64,000 bases of DNA from Eledone cirrhosa (GCA_964016885.1 OZ024744.1:58652001-58716000); one strand, 5' to 3'; counted from the stretch's first letter, positions 1-12,836 are shown. Program-made: numbers and translations. The notes: a model not told the origin generated them from the sequence alone.

Positions 1-641
1 GCATGTCCGAGATGCGTGCAGGGCGACGAAACCGTCCTGCACGCACTCGTCCAGTGTCCGAGCATTGCGACTTGTGGGTTTATGTCGAACACCTGCTGTC
101 ACGTGTAGGACGGATCCAGCTATCAGCTGAGTCCATCGTGAGCATTGCCCCGCCCTCTTCCTTTAGCCGGGAAGGGCAGGCAGTTTGTATCTGTCTGGTG
201 GCCATGGCGAAAGAGATAGTATGGTGGACACGTTTGAAAGGGCTGAAGACGAGCACTTACCTCTTCGGTGATACCCTAAGTAACTTTTTCAAATTTCATT
301 TGAAAAGGAAAATCAGGGTAGAGAGGGAAGTGCTCTCTTCCCACCATTTTGTTGAAAGATGGGTGAGAGAAGCAAGTATGGCCCGAGTGAATGGGCCTAC
401 TCTGAGTATGTGTCTGTAAATTAAAGGTGGAAACTGGGAGAGGGCACTTGCCCTGGTGGTCAGGGCCACTGTGGTCTTTTAATGGGCTTTCTCCACAAAT
501 GTCCCTCGGAAGTCTCCCCCCTATTGGGGAATTTTTCTTTGTTATTTTATTACATCCTCTGTTTTTTTTACACGCAGAAATGCCCATTTGTACCGTCCTG
601 TATTGTCCTGTACTGTCTTTAATGTCTACTTTATGTAAACC
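1..641 (+). mobile_element. 3' end of Tx1/L1-clade non-LTR element, family A (copy 0)
   Basis: ORF2 C-terminus (..EIVWWTRLKG..RVNGPTLSMCL*, stop at 419) and 3'UTR nearly identical to copies at 12.6-18.6 kb and 25.9-31.9 kb. 1-nt deletion near 70. The last ~20 nt including AATAAA are missing; runs into (TTA)n. Confidence 0.93.
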
Positions 642-686
<45 letters not shown>

Positions 687-696
687 GTTGTTGTTA
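642..696. repeat. (TTA)n linker between Tx1 3' end and Dong 3' end
   Basis: Read directly. Similar linkers at 981-1007, 4916-4973, 5163-5180, 6651-6688, 12603-12623, 18651-18686, 25782-25792, 25862-25882, 31913-31934, 33015-33079, 36620-36645. Confidence 0.97.
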
Positions 697-980
697 TTCC
701 TTGAATCTCAGTCATTGATGTTGGTTAACTGGAAAGTCCGTTGGATTGAATATCAAGCCACTACCTGCAGCCTCAGATATTCAGGACGTATCGGAGGGTT
801 CTTGCTGTTCCAAGCAAGCATGCCTTTTGAAGCGTTCCAAAAAGCGTGAAGGGGCCGATTTTCTTTAACCATCCCTGGAAACTTTTGGAGATAGTCCCCA
901 GTGCGCCTATGACAATCGGGATCACTTTGACTTCATGGCAGTTCCAAATCCTTTTCACCTCCCACTTTAGGTCCTGGTAT
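697..980 (-). mobile_element. 5'-truncated R4/Dong-like element, subfamily A (3'-terminal 284 bp)
   Basis: Encodes KRIWNCHEVKVIPIVIGALG..LQKACLLGTARTLRYVLNI*. Near-identical to 1008-1290. Flanked by (TTA)n on both sides. Confidence 0.92.
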
Positions 981-1007
981 TTATTATTATTATTATTATT
1001 GTTGTTA

Positions 1008-4000
1008 TTCCTTGAATCTCAGTCATTGATGTTGGTTAACTGGAAAGTCCGTTGGATTGAATATCAAGCCACTACCTGCAGCCTCAGATATTCAGGACGT
1101 ATCGGAGGGTTCTTGCTGTTCCAAGCAAGCATGCCTTTTGAAGCGTTCCAAAAAGCGTGAAGGGGCCGATTTTCTTTAACCATCCCTGGAAACTTTTGGA
1201 GATAGTCCCCAGTGCGCCTATGACAATCGGGATCACTTTGACTTCATGGCAGTTCCAAATCTTTTCACCTCCCACTTTAGGTCCTGGTATCGGTTAATTT
1301 TCTCCCTCTCCTTCTCTTGCACTCTCGTGTCGAACGGGCAGGCCACATCCACAATCAGACACGATCTTTTTTCTTTGTCCACAACCACCAGGTCAGGTCT
1401 ATTGTGTTCCAGTTTTTTGTCCGTCTGTATCCTAAAATCCCACAGCACCTTCACCTGATTGTTCTCCATCACCGCCTCTGGCCTATGCTCATACCATTTC
1501 TCAGAATGTGGTAAATTGTTTACTTTGCACAGGTGCCAGTGGATCACCCTGCCCATCACATCGTGTCTCCAGCCCTTATAGTGGGTCTGGGCTAGGTGTT
1601 TACACTCGGACACAATGTGAGCCACAGTCTCCTCTCTCTCTCCACAGATCCTGCACAGTGGGCTAGCCTCCTCCTTGTAGATATGGTGCTTCAACCACTT
1701 CGTTTTGAGGGCCTGCTCCTGCGCAGCCATTAGCATTCCTTCTGTAGCCTTTTTGAGGTCTCCTCTTCTCAACCAGTTCCATGTCTGTGGATCTCTAAAT
1801 TCAGTTTTCTCAAAGAAGGTACTATGAAGGGATTTTCCCTTAAGGCTGCTCTTCCTCCTTGATGTTATTTCCTCCTTGGACATCCCCTGGCCTACTGTCC
1901 CCTCCTTCAGTACAGTTCTGAGCATTGGCTCCTTACTATAGGTCACGTATTTGTATAGGTTGTTTTTCTCCATCTGAACACAGTCCTCTATGCTGATAAG
2001 ACCTCTTCCACCCTCAGATCTCCTTAGGTAGAGTCTATCGACATCACTCCTCCTGTGGAACATGTTGTAGATAGTCAATAGCTTCCTAGTCTTCCTATCC
2101 ATTTCTTTTTGTTCAGCAACATTCCATCTCAGAATTCCCGCACTGTACCTAATAATAGACACAGCTCGGGAATTTACTGCGCTTATGGCATTTCTGCTGT
2201 TCAGATGTGACTTCAATACGCTCCTTACTCTCCGAATGTATTCAGTTCTTAACAATTCCTTCATGTTTTTGTTCTTTATGCCATCAGCCTCCAGAACGCC
2301 CAAATACTTGTATCCTTCCTCAGAGTCAATTTCCTTTATCATCTCACCTGTTGGTATCTGGATCCCGTTACTTCTGCTCAACCTACCCCTCTTCATCACA
2401 ATGACTCCACATTTACCAATACCAAACTACATACATATATCACTGCTGAAAATACGGACAGTGTCAACAAGCACATCCAACTCCTTCTCACTTTTCCCGA
2501 AGAGCTTAAGATCGTCCATGAAGAGGAGGTGATTGATGGTAAGCTCTCCCCTTCCCAACTTGTATCCTGCTCTCACTTTTCGCAGCATAATGGTCAAGGG
2601 CATCAGGGCAAGGACAAACAACAGAGGGGACAGGCTATCTCCCTGGAAGATACCTCTCTTGATCTTCACGCTTCCCAAGCATACTCCAGTTGATGTCAAC
2701 TCTGTCTCCCAGGACCCCATACTCCTGCCTAGCAACTGTCTGATGTTATCTGCCACACTGAAGATCTCCAGGCTTTTGGTGATCCAGGAATGAGGCACCA
2801 TGTCAAATGCCTTTCTGTAGTCTATCCATCCCATGGCAAGATCAGTGTGTCTCCTCCTGCAATTCCCCATTACCATCTTATCAATAAGTAACTGGTCCTT
2901 TGTACCACGTGACTTCTTTCGGCATCCTTTCTGTTCGTCCGGTAACAAGTTGTTTGTGTGGAGGTGATGGTAGATTTCCTCAGACACAATGCTCGTCAAC
3001 AGTTTCCACATTACGGACAGACATGTGATAGGTCTATAGTTGGTAACATCATTACCCTTGATTCGGTCTTTCATTATCAGAACTGTGGTACCTTTTGTCA
3101 ACCACTCTGGCACCTCACCCGACACCAAGCAGTCATTGAACATGGCCGTCAGCTTCGGGTGGAGGGATGTTAAATGTTTAATCCAATACCCCTGCACACC
3201 ATCTGGGCCTGGTGATTTCCAGTTGGTTAGTTTTTTGGCCTGCCCCTTAAGAGTTTCAACTGTGATACTCAAATCAGTTTGTTGTTGTGCCTGCTCACCG
3301 ATCTCCCTCTGTACTGTCTCAATCCACCCTGCCTGGGCATGGTGTCTAACATCCTGCTCCCATATTCCTCTCCAGAATGTTTTAGTTTGCTCCGCCCCAG
3401 GGATCAAGTCGTTGCCTCTTTCTTTCCCCTCAAGCTGTCCAAACAGCATCTTCTGGTTGTTGTCGAACATGCGGTTCTGTCTATACTGACTGACTCTGTT
3501 CTCGTATCGCCTGATTTTTGCACTCTTTGCTACAATGCGTTGCTTCAGTTCCTCTATGATAATATTTAGCTTTTTCCTCCTAGTTTTGTATTTTATTTCC
3601 AGCCTATTTTTAGTGCCTATGTTTTTTAGTGTCCCATTCAGTAGTGACTCAAGCTTTCCTATGTCATTTCTCATTTCCCCGATTTGCCCACTCAGTCGCT
3701 TCTTCCACCACGGCTCTGCTCTTTCTTGTCTGTTGTTTCCTCTCGCTTTTATACCAAGTAGTTTCCTCACCGTATTTGCTGTTGCTTTGAGGATATTGTT
3801 GCACTGGTGAAGGCTCCTCCCCTCAAGGTATGGGATGACTTTGTTTACCTTAGCTGTTGTTTCTTTTAACTTTTTCCTGTCTACAAATCTTAGGTTCATA
3901 GGTCTCCCACTATCATTGTTCAATTCATCTACCACTAAATTTAGGATGTCAACCGAATCTTGTCCTAGCCCGTCAGCATTCATCTCCTCAGTGGCCGTAT

Positions 4001-4655
4001 CTCTGTTCCAGGTATTATTTATCTCAGTATTCAGATCATTGTCTGCTTCGGGTGGTTCCTCCGTTCTCAGGACCTCTTCACCTTCATTTCCCACTGGCTC
4101 GCTTGTCTGGCATACTACACCCGCCATCTCCAAGCCATTCTCTCTGCTCAGTTCCTCCAGTTCCAGCTCGCTTATCCATCCATTAGTTCTTATTACCCGA
4201 GCCTGCCCGGCCAATTTTTGTTCATCTAATTTAAATAAACCAATCTCGTTCCAGATGTTATGCATCCGTCTCCTGTAGCCCCTCTCCTTGGGGTTACTTT
4301 TCAGGTAACATTGCATAACAGTTCTATTCAATTCTTTCGTCCAGTTGGTTCTGGCCCCTTTCCTTCTTCTCCTTCCTCCAACATCAGCAGTATTTGGTTG
4401 ACAGTCAGGTTCCTGCTGCTGAGCCAGGGGGCACCTGTTGGGTGAGAGTCTGTCACATGACGTTCTGGTCTCCATTTCACCGTTATTCGAACTGTTTATG
4501 TTCGATATTTAAACACTCTTATCGAGGATTGGCGAATGTATGGTTACATATCCATCTGTGGATCCGCCATTCCACTTGGCCCTTGTGTGGCATTATCACC
4601 TCGCTGTATACGAACACACATAAACAAACAAACACACAGGCAGAAAGGGCCCCAA
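1008..4655 (-). mobile_element. Near full-length R4/Dong-clade non-LTR retrotransposon, subfamily A
   Basis: Single long RT+RLE reading frame; 3' end abuts a (TAA)n tail. 5' boundary uncertain (4550-4720). Confidence 0.9.
1084..4475 (-). pseudogene. R4/Dong-type polyprotein (RT, CCHC finger, restriction-like endonuclease), two lesions
   Basis: RT motifs [63 protein letters not shown] finger, RHD, and RPDLVVVD..IVDVACP..EKEREKINRY (PD-(D/E)xK-type RLE). In-frame TAG at 2427-2429 and 1-nt deletion near 1260. Confidence 0.92.
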
Positions 4656-4725
4656 AAATGAATAAGCATAAGTTTCATTGTAATGTAGTGTTCGAATGTC
4701 TGACTTAGTTTTTGTTTTTTAAGTT

Positions 4726-4912
4726 TCGGAGGGTTCTTGCTGTTCCAAGCAAGCATGCCTTTTGAAGCGTTCCAAAAAGCGTGAAGGGGCCGATTTTCTT
4801 TAACCATCCCTGGAAACTTTTGGAGATAGTCCCCAGTGCGCCTATGACAATCGGGATCACTTTGACTTCATGGCAGTTCCAAATCCTTTTCACCTCCCAC
4901 TTTAGGTCCTGG

Positions 4913-4915
<3 letters not shown>
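4726..4915 (-). mobile_element. R4/Dong-A internal fragment
   Basis: Matches ~791-980, including the same ggtat|ttatta junction; lacks the 3'UTR. Confidence 0.88.
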
Positions 4916-4974
<59 letters not shown>

Positions 4975-5162
4975 GAGGGCGGTGGATTGGCAGTATCGGT
5001 AGAGGGTCGGACGCCATGCTTTCCAGCATAGTTACGTCCCTTTACAATCTGAGTTCAAATCCCGCCAAGGTTGACTTTGCCTTTCATCCTTACGGGGTCG
5101 ATAAAATAAAGTACCAGTAATGCACTGGGTAACTACTGGCCTTGTGCCTAAAGTAGAAACAA
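4975..5162 (+). mobile_element. tRNA-derived SINE with (ATT)n tail
   Basis: A-box-like tggcagtatcgg, B-box gagttcaaatccc, body gactttgcctttcatcc..gtcgataaaataaagtaccagt. Three more copies in the window. Resembles abundant octopus SINEs (from memory). Confidence 0.85.
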
Positions 5163-5180
5163 TTATTATTATTATTATTG

Positions 5181-6439
5181 TTCTTTGAGTCTCAGTCATT
5201 GATGTTAGTTAACTGGAAAGTTTGTTGAAATGAATATCAAGCCACTACCTGCAGCCTCAGATATTCAGGACGTATCGGAGGGTTGTTGCTGTTTCCAGCA
5301 AGCATGCCCTTTGAAGTGTTCCAAAAAGCGAGGCGGGACCAATTTTCTTTAACCATCCTTGGAAACTCTTTGAGATAGTACCTAGTGCGCCTATGACAAT
5401 CGGGACCACTTTGACCTCATGGCAGTTCCAAATCCTTTTTACCTCCCACTTTAAGTCCTGGTATCAATTAATTTTCTCCCTCTCCTTTTCTTACACTCTC
5501 GTGTCGAATGGGCAGGCTACATCCACAATCAGGCACGATCTTTTTCCCTTGTCCAAAACCACCAGGTCAGGTCTATCGTGTTCCAGTTTCTTGTCCATCT
5601 GTATCCAAAAATCCCATAGCACCTTCACTTGATCGTTTTCCATCACCGACTCTGGCTTATGCTCCTACCACTTCTCAGAATGTGGTAAATTGTTTACTTT
5701 GCACAGGTGCCAGTGGATCACCCTGCCCATCACATCATGTCTCCAGCCTTTATAGTGAGTCTGGGCTAGGTGTTTACACTCGGATACAATGTGAGCTAGA
5801 GTCTCCTCTCTCTCTCTCCACAGATCCTACACAGTAGGCTAGCCTCCTCCTTGTAAATATGGTGTTTCAGCCACTTCGTTTTGAGGGCCTGCTCTTGCAC
5901 AGCCATTAGCATTCCTTCTGTAGCCTTTTTAAGGTCTCCTCTTTTCAACCAGTTCCATGTCTGTGGATCTCTGAATTCAGTTTTCTCAAAGAAGGTACTA
6001 TGAAGGGATTTTTCATGAAGGTTGCTCTTTCTCCTTGTTGTTATTTCCTCCTTGGACATCTCCTGGTCTATTGTCCTCTCCTTCAGTACAATTCTGAGCA
6101 TTGGCTCCTTACTATCGGTCGCGTACTTGTGTAGGTTGTTTTTCTCCATTCCTCTATGCTGATAAGACCTCTTCCACCTTCAGATCTCCTAATGTAGAGT
6201 CTATCGACATCACTCCTTTTGTGGAACATGTTGTAGATAGTCAATAATTTCCTAGTCTTCCTATCCATTTCTTTTTGTTCAGCAACATTCCCTCTCAGAA
6301 TTCCCGCACTGTACCTAATAATAGACACAGCTCGGGAATTTACTGAACTTATGACGTTCCTACTGTTCAGATGTGACTTTAATACGCTCCGTACTCTCCG
6401 AATGTTTTCAGATCTTATCAATTCCTTCATTTTTTTGTT
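5181..6439 (-). mobile_element. 5'-truncated, decayed R4/Dong element, subfamily B
   Basis: Frameshifted RT C-terminal and RLE fragments (RSEGGRGLISIE, EGMLMAVQEQAL, CRICG). Matches 33081-34337. (TTA)n on both sides. Confidence 0.9.
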
Positions 6440-6462
6440 ATTATTATTTTTTTTTTTTTTTA

Positions 6463-6650
6463 TGGCCTTTCTCCACAAATGTCCCTCCTAAGTTTCCCCC
6501 CTATTGGGGAATTTTTCATTGTTATTTTTTTTGTTACATTCTCTGTTTTTGTTTTTTTACACTCAGAAATACCCATTTGTACCGTCTATATTGTCCTGTA
6601 CTGTCCTTAATGTCTACTTTATGTAAACCCTTGTGGTTAATAAAGAAAGC
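6463..6650 (+). mobile_element. Tx1-A 3'UTR-only fragment
   Basis: Matches the family A 3'UTR ending ccttgtggttaataaagaaagc followed by (ATT)n; preceded by a T-run. Confidence 0.88.
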
Positions 6651-6657
6651 ATTATTA

Positions 6658-6688
<31 letters not shown>

Positions 6689-9600
6689 GAATGCTATGGT
6701 TGACGGAGGCTCGGCTCTGTAAGGTATTGTAAATTTTGAACACTATAACAATTGTAAATTGTTTAAAACTTTAACCAACTTGTAGACAAAAACACCCTCC
6801 TCCTCGTGAGAGGGGTCTTTCTGCCCGTTATTTGGCCCTTCGGGATTAAATAACTGCTTATTGGGGTTTTGTGCCCAATATTTATTTTAAACAAAAAAAC
6901 AACATGGCTACGAAAAAGAATTTTCATAGGTCACTCCCACTCATTCCGTCTTCTTCTTCCTCAATCGTCACTACAGCAGAGAGAAGATTGTCTCTCTCCC
7001 TCCCTTCTCTTTCGCAAGCGAAGACAGAAAAGAAAAGTCTCGTGCAAAGCGTGCAAGATTTCTCCACGACGACGACAACGACGAAACAGGTGTGCGGGAA
7101 ATACGAAAACCCAGTTCATTCGTCTGACGTCAGGAATAATAGCAGTAGCAGCCGTAATAACAACAGCAACAGTGACAATGAAAACAACAGTAGCAGCCGC
7201 AACAGCATCACCAGCAGCATAAACAACAACAGCATTAGCAGCAGGAACACCAACAACAACCACAGCAACAGCGGCGGAGGCAGTAGTCGTAGTACCTGCA
7301 GCAACAACAAAAGTAACAGCAGCTCTGACGACGACAACAACAACAGCAGCAAAGAAAAACCAATCTCATTTGCAGGTATTGCGAAGAACCTGGAAAAAAT
7401 CCTCATAACAAATGAGGAATTAGAGGAAACGAAGAAGATGGTGACAAAGACTGGACACCGAGCAATCTGCAAGGCAACGGAAAAATTTTTCGAAACCCAA
7501 CAGCACTGTACGGTCACGTACCGTACAGTAAGTACAAAATCCCGTAGGGTTGAAAGAGCCACAGAGGCTCAAATACAAAAAGCCTTGGGATCTGTGTGGC
7601 CGCGGAAAACGCACATCACCCGAGGCAAAAAATATGCCACCGTAAACGGACTTTTTACCACACCCCAGGAGGCAAAGGCTCAATCCGTAGTGACACTAAG
7701 GAGCGAGGAAATGGTGTTGGTGCCCTCCTACTGCGGGCAAAAATTTGTGAGGGTCAAACTGACCCACGTCCGTCCGTCCGTCCCCCCCCCCCGTCCCCCG
7801 GGATGGCCCCTTCTTGGCTGGCCGCGTCTGTCCTCGTCGGAATCGAGGACAAAACAACTGTACTGCAAGTACAGAAAAAAGTAAGAGAAGATTGGGTCGG
7901 CACCTCCATTGAGATGCTAATCCAAACCAACCAGGAGTGCATCGAAGCTATCCCGGATGTGATAGACTTCGATAACAGCACTCAACTTCCCATAAGTGTT
8001 GAGGGCAAACGCCCGAAATGCTTTCGCTGCGGATCGAAGACTCACGTCAGGGCCTTCTGCAACGAGAAGACCCTGAGAAAGGAGAAAACCCCCTCCTTCC
8101 GAAACCGGCTCCACGGCTACCAGCAACAGGACAAGCGGCAACCAGGAACGATAGGTCCGTGGCACCCATACCCACGCCACGGAAATCAAAAACAGCAGCA
8201 GCAGTGGAAATATTAACAACAACAACAGCAATACCAAATGCAGCTGCAACAGAGCCTCCAGTGCAAACATCACCAACAACAACAAGTGAAAGAGTGGAGC
8301 TGGTACTCCTCCCCGACCTCACAGAATCAGACATGGAGTGTGAGGTGGGAGAGGGATGGCAAAGGTCGTAAGAAGGCACAAACGCAGAAGCAGCGCATCG
8401 TCGCCTTTGAAAAGGGAGGAAAGAAATGAGAAAAGGGTAAAGTCTACTGCAAAGAAACTCACAGCAGCAACACCACCAACACCATTACCACCCACACTAA
8501 CACCACCATCACCACCGGCGACAACCGCACCGCCAACAACACCTTCAACACCACCACCACAAGCACCAACATCGCAAACACAACAACAAAACACACACAC
8601 CCAGCAACAACGACAAGAAAATAGCAGAACCACACACCACCCCCAGAAAAACAAATGCACGGCAATAAATACACACAACAAGAAACTAATGACTTACATA
8701 ATTGAACACACAGATATTTCACAAACCGACTACATAATACCAGCACCAATCAAAACGCCAACTAACATAAGACTGCTAAAAATAGCACAGAAACAATACA
8801 CAAATATTAAAACGAAATTCCCCAACGCAGTTGGTGATTTCAGGGACCTAGGAGGAACTATCAATCGAAGAGTATATTCGGACATACTCATAAAAGAGCC
8901 GACGACCAGCCGAAGGGACGATTCAACGGTCCCTTCACCAGACGATCAAGTGAAAAGGGATGGAAAAACCATCCCTCCTCTACGAAAAGTACGGTAAGTG
9001 GTCTTTCCCATCTTTTCCACTCTATTTTAAACATGACCTCACTCAGAATAGGCAGCATAAATGCGCGTGGCTTGGGGTCGTCATGGAAGCAGGGTCACCT
9101 GCTCAACGACCTCAGGTCACTAAACATAGATGTAGTGGCCATCAGCGAGACCAGAATCTCCGAAGCACGGGCCTTCGCACCGATCTTCGGCGGCTACGAT
9201 GTGTACGCATCTCCCAGCCGTCCTGGATCGGGGGTAGGAGTTGCTGTGCTTTTTCGGAGAGGTTTGGATCTCGCCATACGGGCCATCTTCCTGGACCCAG
9301 AGGGTAATCTGATGGTGCTGGACGTGACCAGCGGAGACGGGCAAGCTTTCAGGCTAGTGGCCGTCTATGCCCCGACAGGAGCAGGGCGGCCTGATTTCTT
9401 CCGGCGTCTGGAGACTTTTCTTGGAACGTCCCGCTCTTTAGTGTTAATGGGCGACTGGAACGTGATCTTAGATGCATGCAAGAGCCTCACCAACCTGCTC
9501 AGGCGTTTTGAACTGTCTGACAGGTATCGATTGGATTTCCCGAATGTGCCAATGTGGACTTGGACAAATCGCATATGGTCATCCAGATCATATCTAGATA

Positions 9601-12600
9601 GAGTATTTTGTAGGGAAATGGATAGGTCTAGCATAGGCTGTCCACAATTCAAGATAGTCAGCTACACGGACCACAAATTCGTGATCTGTGTGCTTGACTT
9701 AGATAGGCTTCATAGACGAGGACCCGGCTACTGGAAGCTAAACGCGTCCTTACCAGCGCGCAAGGCTTACAGAGACCGGATTAGCGAACTAGTTAAGCGG
9801 GCGTTGACGGGGGCCATCGTCAACAACAAGTGGTGGTTTGCTCTGAAAAGAGCGATTAGAATAGAATCCGTTAGGTTAAGTAAGGCTTTAGCAATAGAGA
9901 AAAATAGAGCAGAGGGAGAACTAGTTAGAAAATTAGACGAGGCGCTTAGCAAAGGCATTGCGACCGACGTGCTTGCGGCGAAATTGGCCCTTGACCAATT
10001 CTTCAATGCAAAGCACGAAGGCTGCGTTGTCAGAGCAAGGGTGCCTGCTCTCAGACACGAGGGGACGAAAGCCGTTCAATGGGCCAGTGGCGGAGGCGCG
10101 TCGTGGCAACAAAGCCACGATCCGGTCTTTGGTGGACCACGACGGGTGCATGCTACTCGATCCCGGGCAAATGTGTGAAGCTTTTCAGCGACACTTTGCT
10201 CAGCGGGTCGAGGGATGGACTTTAGTGTCTACCTCGACGGACTGCCGCGGCTCTCGGCCACTGAGGCGAAGTGTTGCGAAAAGCCGATAACAGCCGCTGA
10301 AGTAAGGGAGGCAATGACTGGCTGCACAAGGGGTAAATCCCCTGGTTTGGATGGTCTGCCCTATGAACTTTACGTACAGATGCCAGACTTGTTCGGAGGC
10401 CTCTTAGCGGACGTCTACTGAAACTGGCAACAGAACGGGAGAATTCCCAGTTCTGTGAGCCGAGGAACGGTGGCACTGCTGAGAAAGGATCCGAACAAGG
10501 GGGATAACATAGATAATTTCCGGCCCATAACTCTGCTAAACACATAGTTCAAGATTTTGGCCAAGGTGCTAGCAAAGAGGTTGGCGCTTGTCGTTGGTGG
10601 TCTGGTGGGAGAGGCGCAGACATGCGCCATTCCCGACAGATCCATCCACGACAACCTCCACCTCATGCGATACATCGTAGAGAGGGTAGCTAGGGAACCT
10701 GGCATGGGTGGGTCCTTGATCAATTTACATCAGTCGAAAGCTTTCGATAGGGTCGACCATCGTTACCTAGCGGCAGTCCTGAGGGCGGCTGGCTTTGGGC
10801 CCGTCTTCAGAGGCTGGATCGCTGCCATGCACAGCGACATCTGCTCTGTGGTGAGAGTGAACGGTCACCTCTCGGAACCGTTCAACATCATGCGCTCGGT
10901 CCGCCAAGGATGTCCCCTCTCGTCCCTCTTGTACGTATTGACTCTCGAGCCATTACTGCACAGACTGGAGACGTTGAGGGGCGTCCCGCGCGAACTAGGA
11001 TGCGGAAGATCCGTGTCAGCATATGCCGACGATGTCACCGTAGTGGTGTCGAACGCCAAACACATCGAGGCGATCGGCACTACACTAAGAGAATACGAAA
11101 CGGTGACAGGAGCAATGATCAACCAGGAAAAGTCAGTGGGCCTGCAGCTCGGCACCTGGAGAGGCAGGTCCATGCCGTCCATCAGCCTCGTCGGGCGCTG
11201 GACGGACGGACCGGTTAAATTGCTAGGGGTCTGGTTCGGTCCGGACCTCCAGACGGACAAAAACTGGGACGAGGTGACGAGCAGGGTGGCTTCTCTCACC
11301 CAGAAATGGGCGGAGAGGAAGCTATCCCTGAAAGGTCGAGCGGAGGTGGCTAACGCGTACATCACGTCTGTCATCTGCTACCGCCTGACCGTTGTACCTT
11401 GTCCTAAGCCTCGCCTGACTGCGCTGGAGCGTTTTCTCTTTCGCCTTTTGTGGAAGGGACGCGCTCCGATGGTCAGGCGGTCCATCTGTTGTCAACACCC
11501 GCTACGTGGAGGGCTGGGCATGCCGTGGCTGATGATGCGCAGGCACGCGCTCAGGCTACGACATCTCCACCTCTTCCTCGACGGTGATCAGGTGTGGTCG
11601 CCGTTTGCTAGACACGTATTTCCCCAGCTCGTTTCCTTGACGGAGCTGTAGTCCTGGGTCAAGCGAAGACCGAGAGGGAGCGCCTGGAGACTGGAATGTC
11701 TTCAGGCGCTCACAGCCCTCGACCAATCGGCCAATGTGATCGGTGGAAACTCCACCTCGGCGTTCTATAGAGGATTAGTGGAGGGGAAGAACGACGACGT
11801 ACTTGAGGAAACTCTAGGCGTCGACGAAAATCAACTAGCCAATCTCTTTGGAAGAACTTTCGGGCCAGGGCCTATGGACTACTTCCAGAAATCTCTGGCC
11901 TGGCAGTGCTACCGAGGAGCTTTGCCAGTTCGGGATAAACTCTACGGGCATGGAGGTGCCGTCAGCCGGGCATGTGCGAGATGCGCGCAGGGCGACGAAA
12001 CCGTCCTGCACGCACTCGTCCAGTGTCCGAAAATTGCTGACTTGTGGGTTTATGTCGAACACCTGCTGTCGCGTGTAGACGGATCCGGCTATCATCTGAG
12101 TCCATCGTGAGGATTGCCCCGCCCTCCTCCTTTAGCCGAGAAGGGCAGGCAGTTTTTATCTGTCTGGTGGCCATGGCGAAAGAGATAGTATGGTGGACAC
12201 GTTTGAAAGGGCTGAAGACGAGCACTTACCTCTTCTGTGATGTCCTGATTGACTTTTTCAAATTTCATTTGAAAAGGAAAATCAGAGTAGAGAGGGAAGT
12301 GCTCTCTTCCCAGCATTTTGTTGAAAGATGGGTGAGAGAAGCAAGAATGTAAATTAAAGGTGGAAAACTGGGAGAGGGCACTTGCCTTGGTGATCAGGGT
12401 CATTGTGGCCTTTTACTGGGCTTTCTCCACAAATGTCCCTCCGAAGTCTCCCCCCTATTGGGGAATTTTTCATTGTTATTTATTGTTACATCCTCGGTTT
12501 TTGTTTTTTACACGCAGAAATGCCCATTTGTACTGTCCTGTATTGTCCTGCACTGTCCTTAATGTCTACTTTATGTAAACCCTTGTGGTTAATAAAGAAA

Positions 12601-12602
12601 TC
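6689..12602 (+). mobile_element. Full-length but disabled Tx1-A element (copy 1)
   Basis: Same 5' start (att|gaatgc) and 3' end as the intact copy. ORF1 (ATG 6904 to 8997) is frameshifted. ORF2 (from 9033) has deletions near 9476, 10204 and 12349 and stops near 10419, 10545 and 11649. Confidence 0.95.
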
Positions 12603-12836
12603 ATTATTATTATTATTATTATTGAATGCCATGGTTGACGGAGGCTCGGCTCTGTAAGGTATAGTAATTTTTAACCGTTAAAACAATTGTAAATTGTTTA
12701 AAACTTGAACCAAATTGTTGATAAAGACACCCTCCTCCTCGTGAGAGGGGTCTTTCTGTCCGTTATTTGGCCCTTCGGGGTTAAATAACCAGTTATTGGG
12801 GTTTTGTACCCAAAATTTCATTTTAAACAAAAAAAC

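Noticed and set aside
427-1160. ORFs with poly-Leu runs resembling signal or transmembrane segments (also poly-Ile at 33015-33099)
   Set aside because: They are translations of (TTA)n linkers joined to antisense TE sequence.
4975-5075. tRNA-like sequences with A and B boxes (also 43053, 44222, 47688)
   Set aside because: No complete cloverleaf; followed by shared SINE bodies and tails, and one family member has a TSD.
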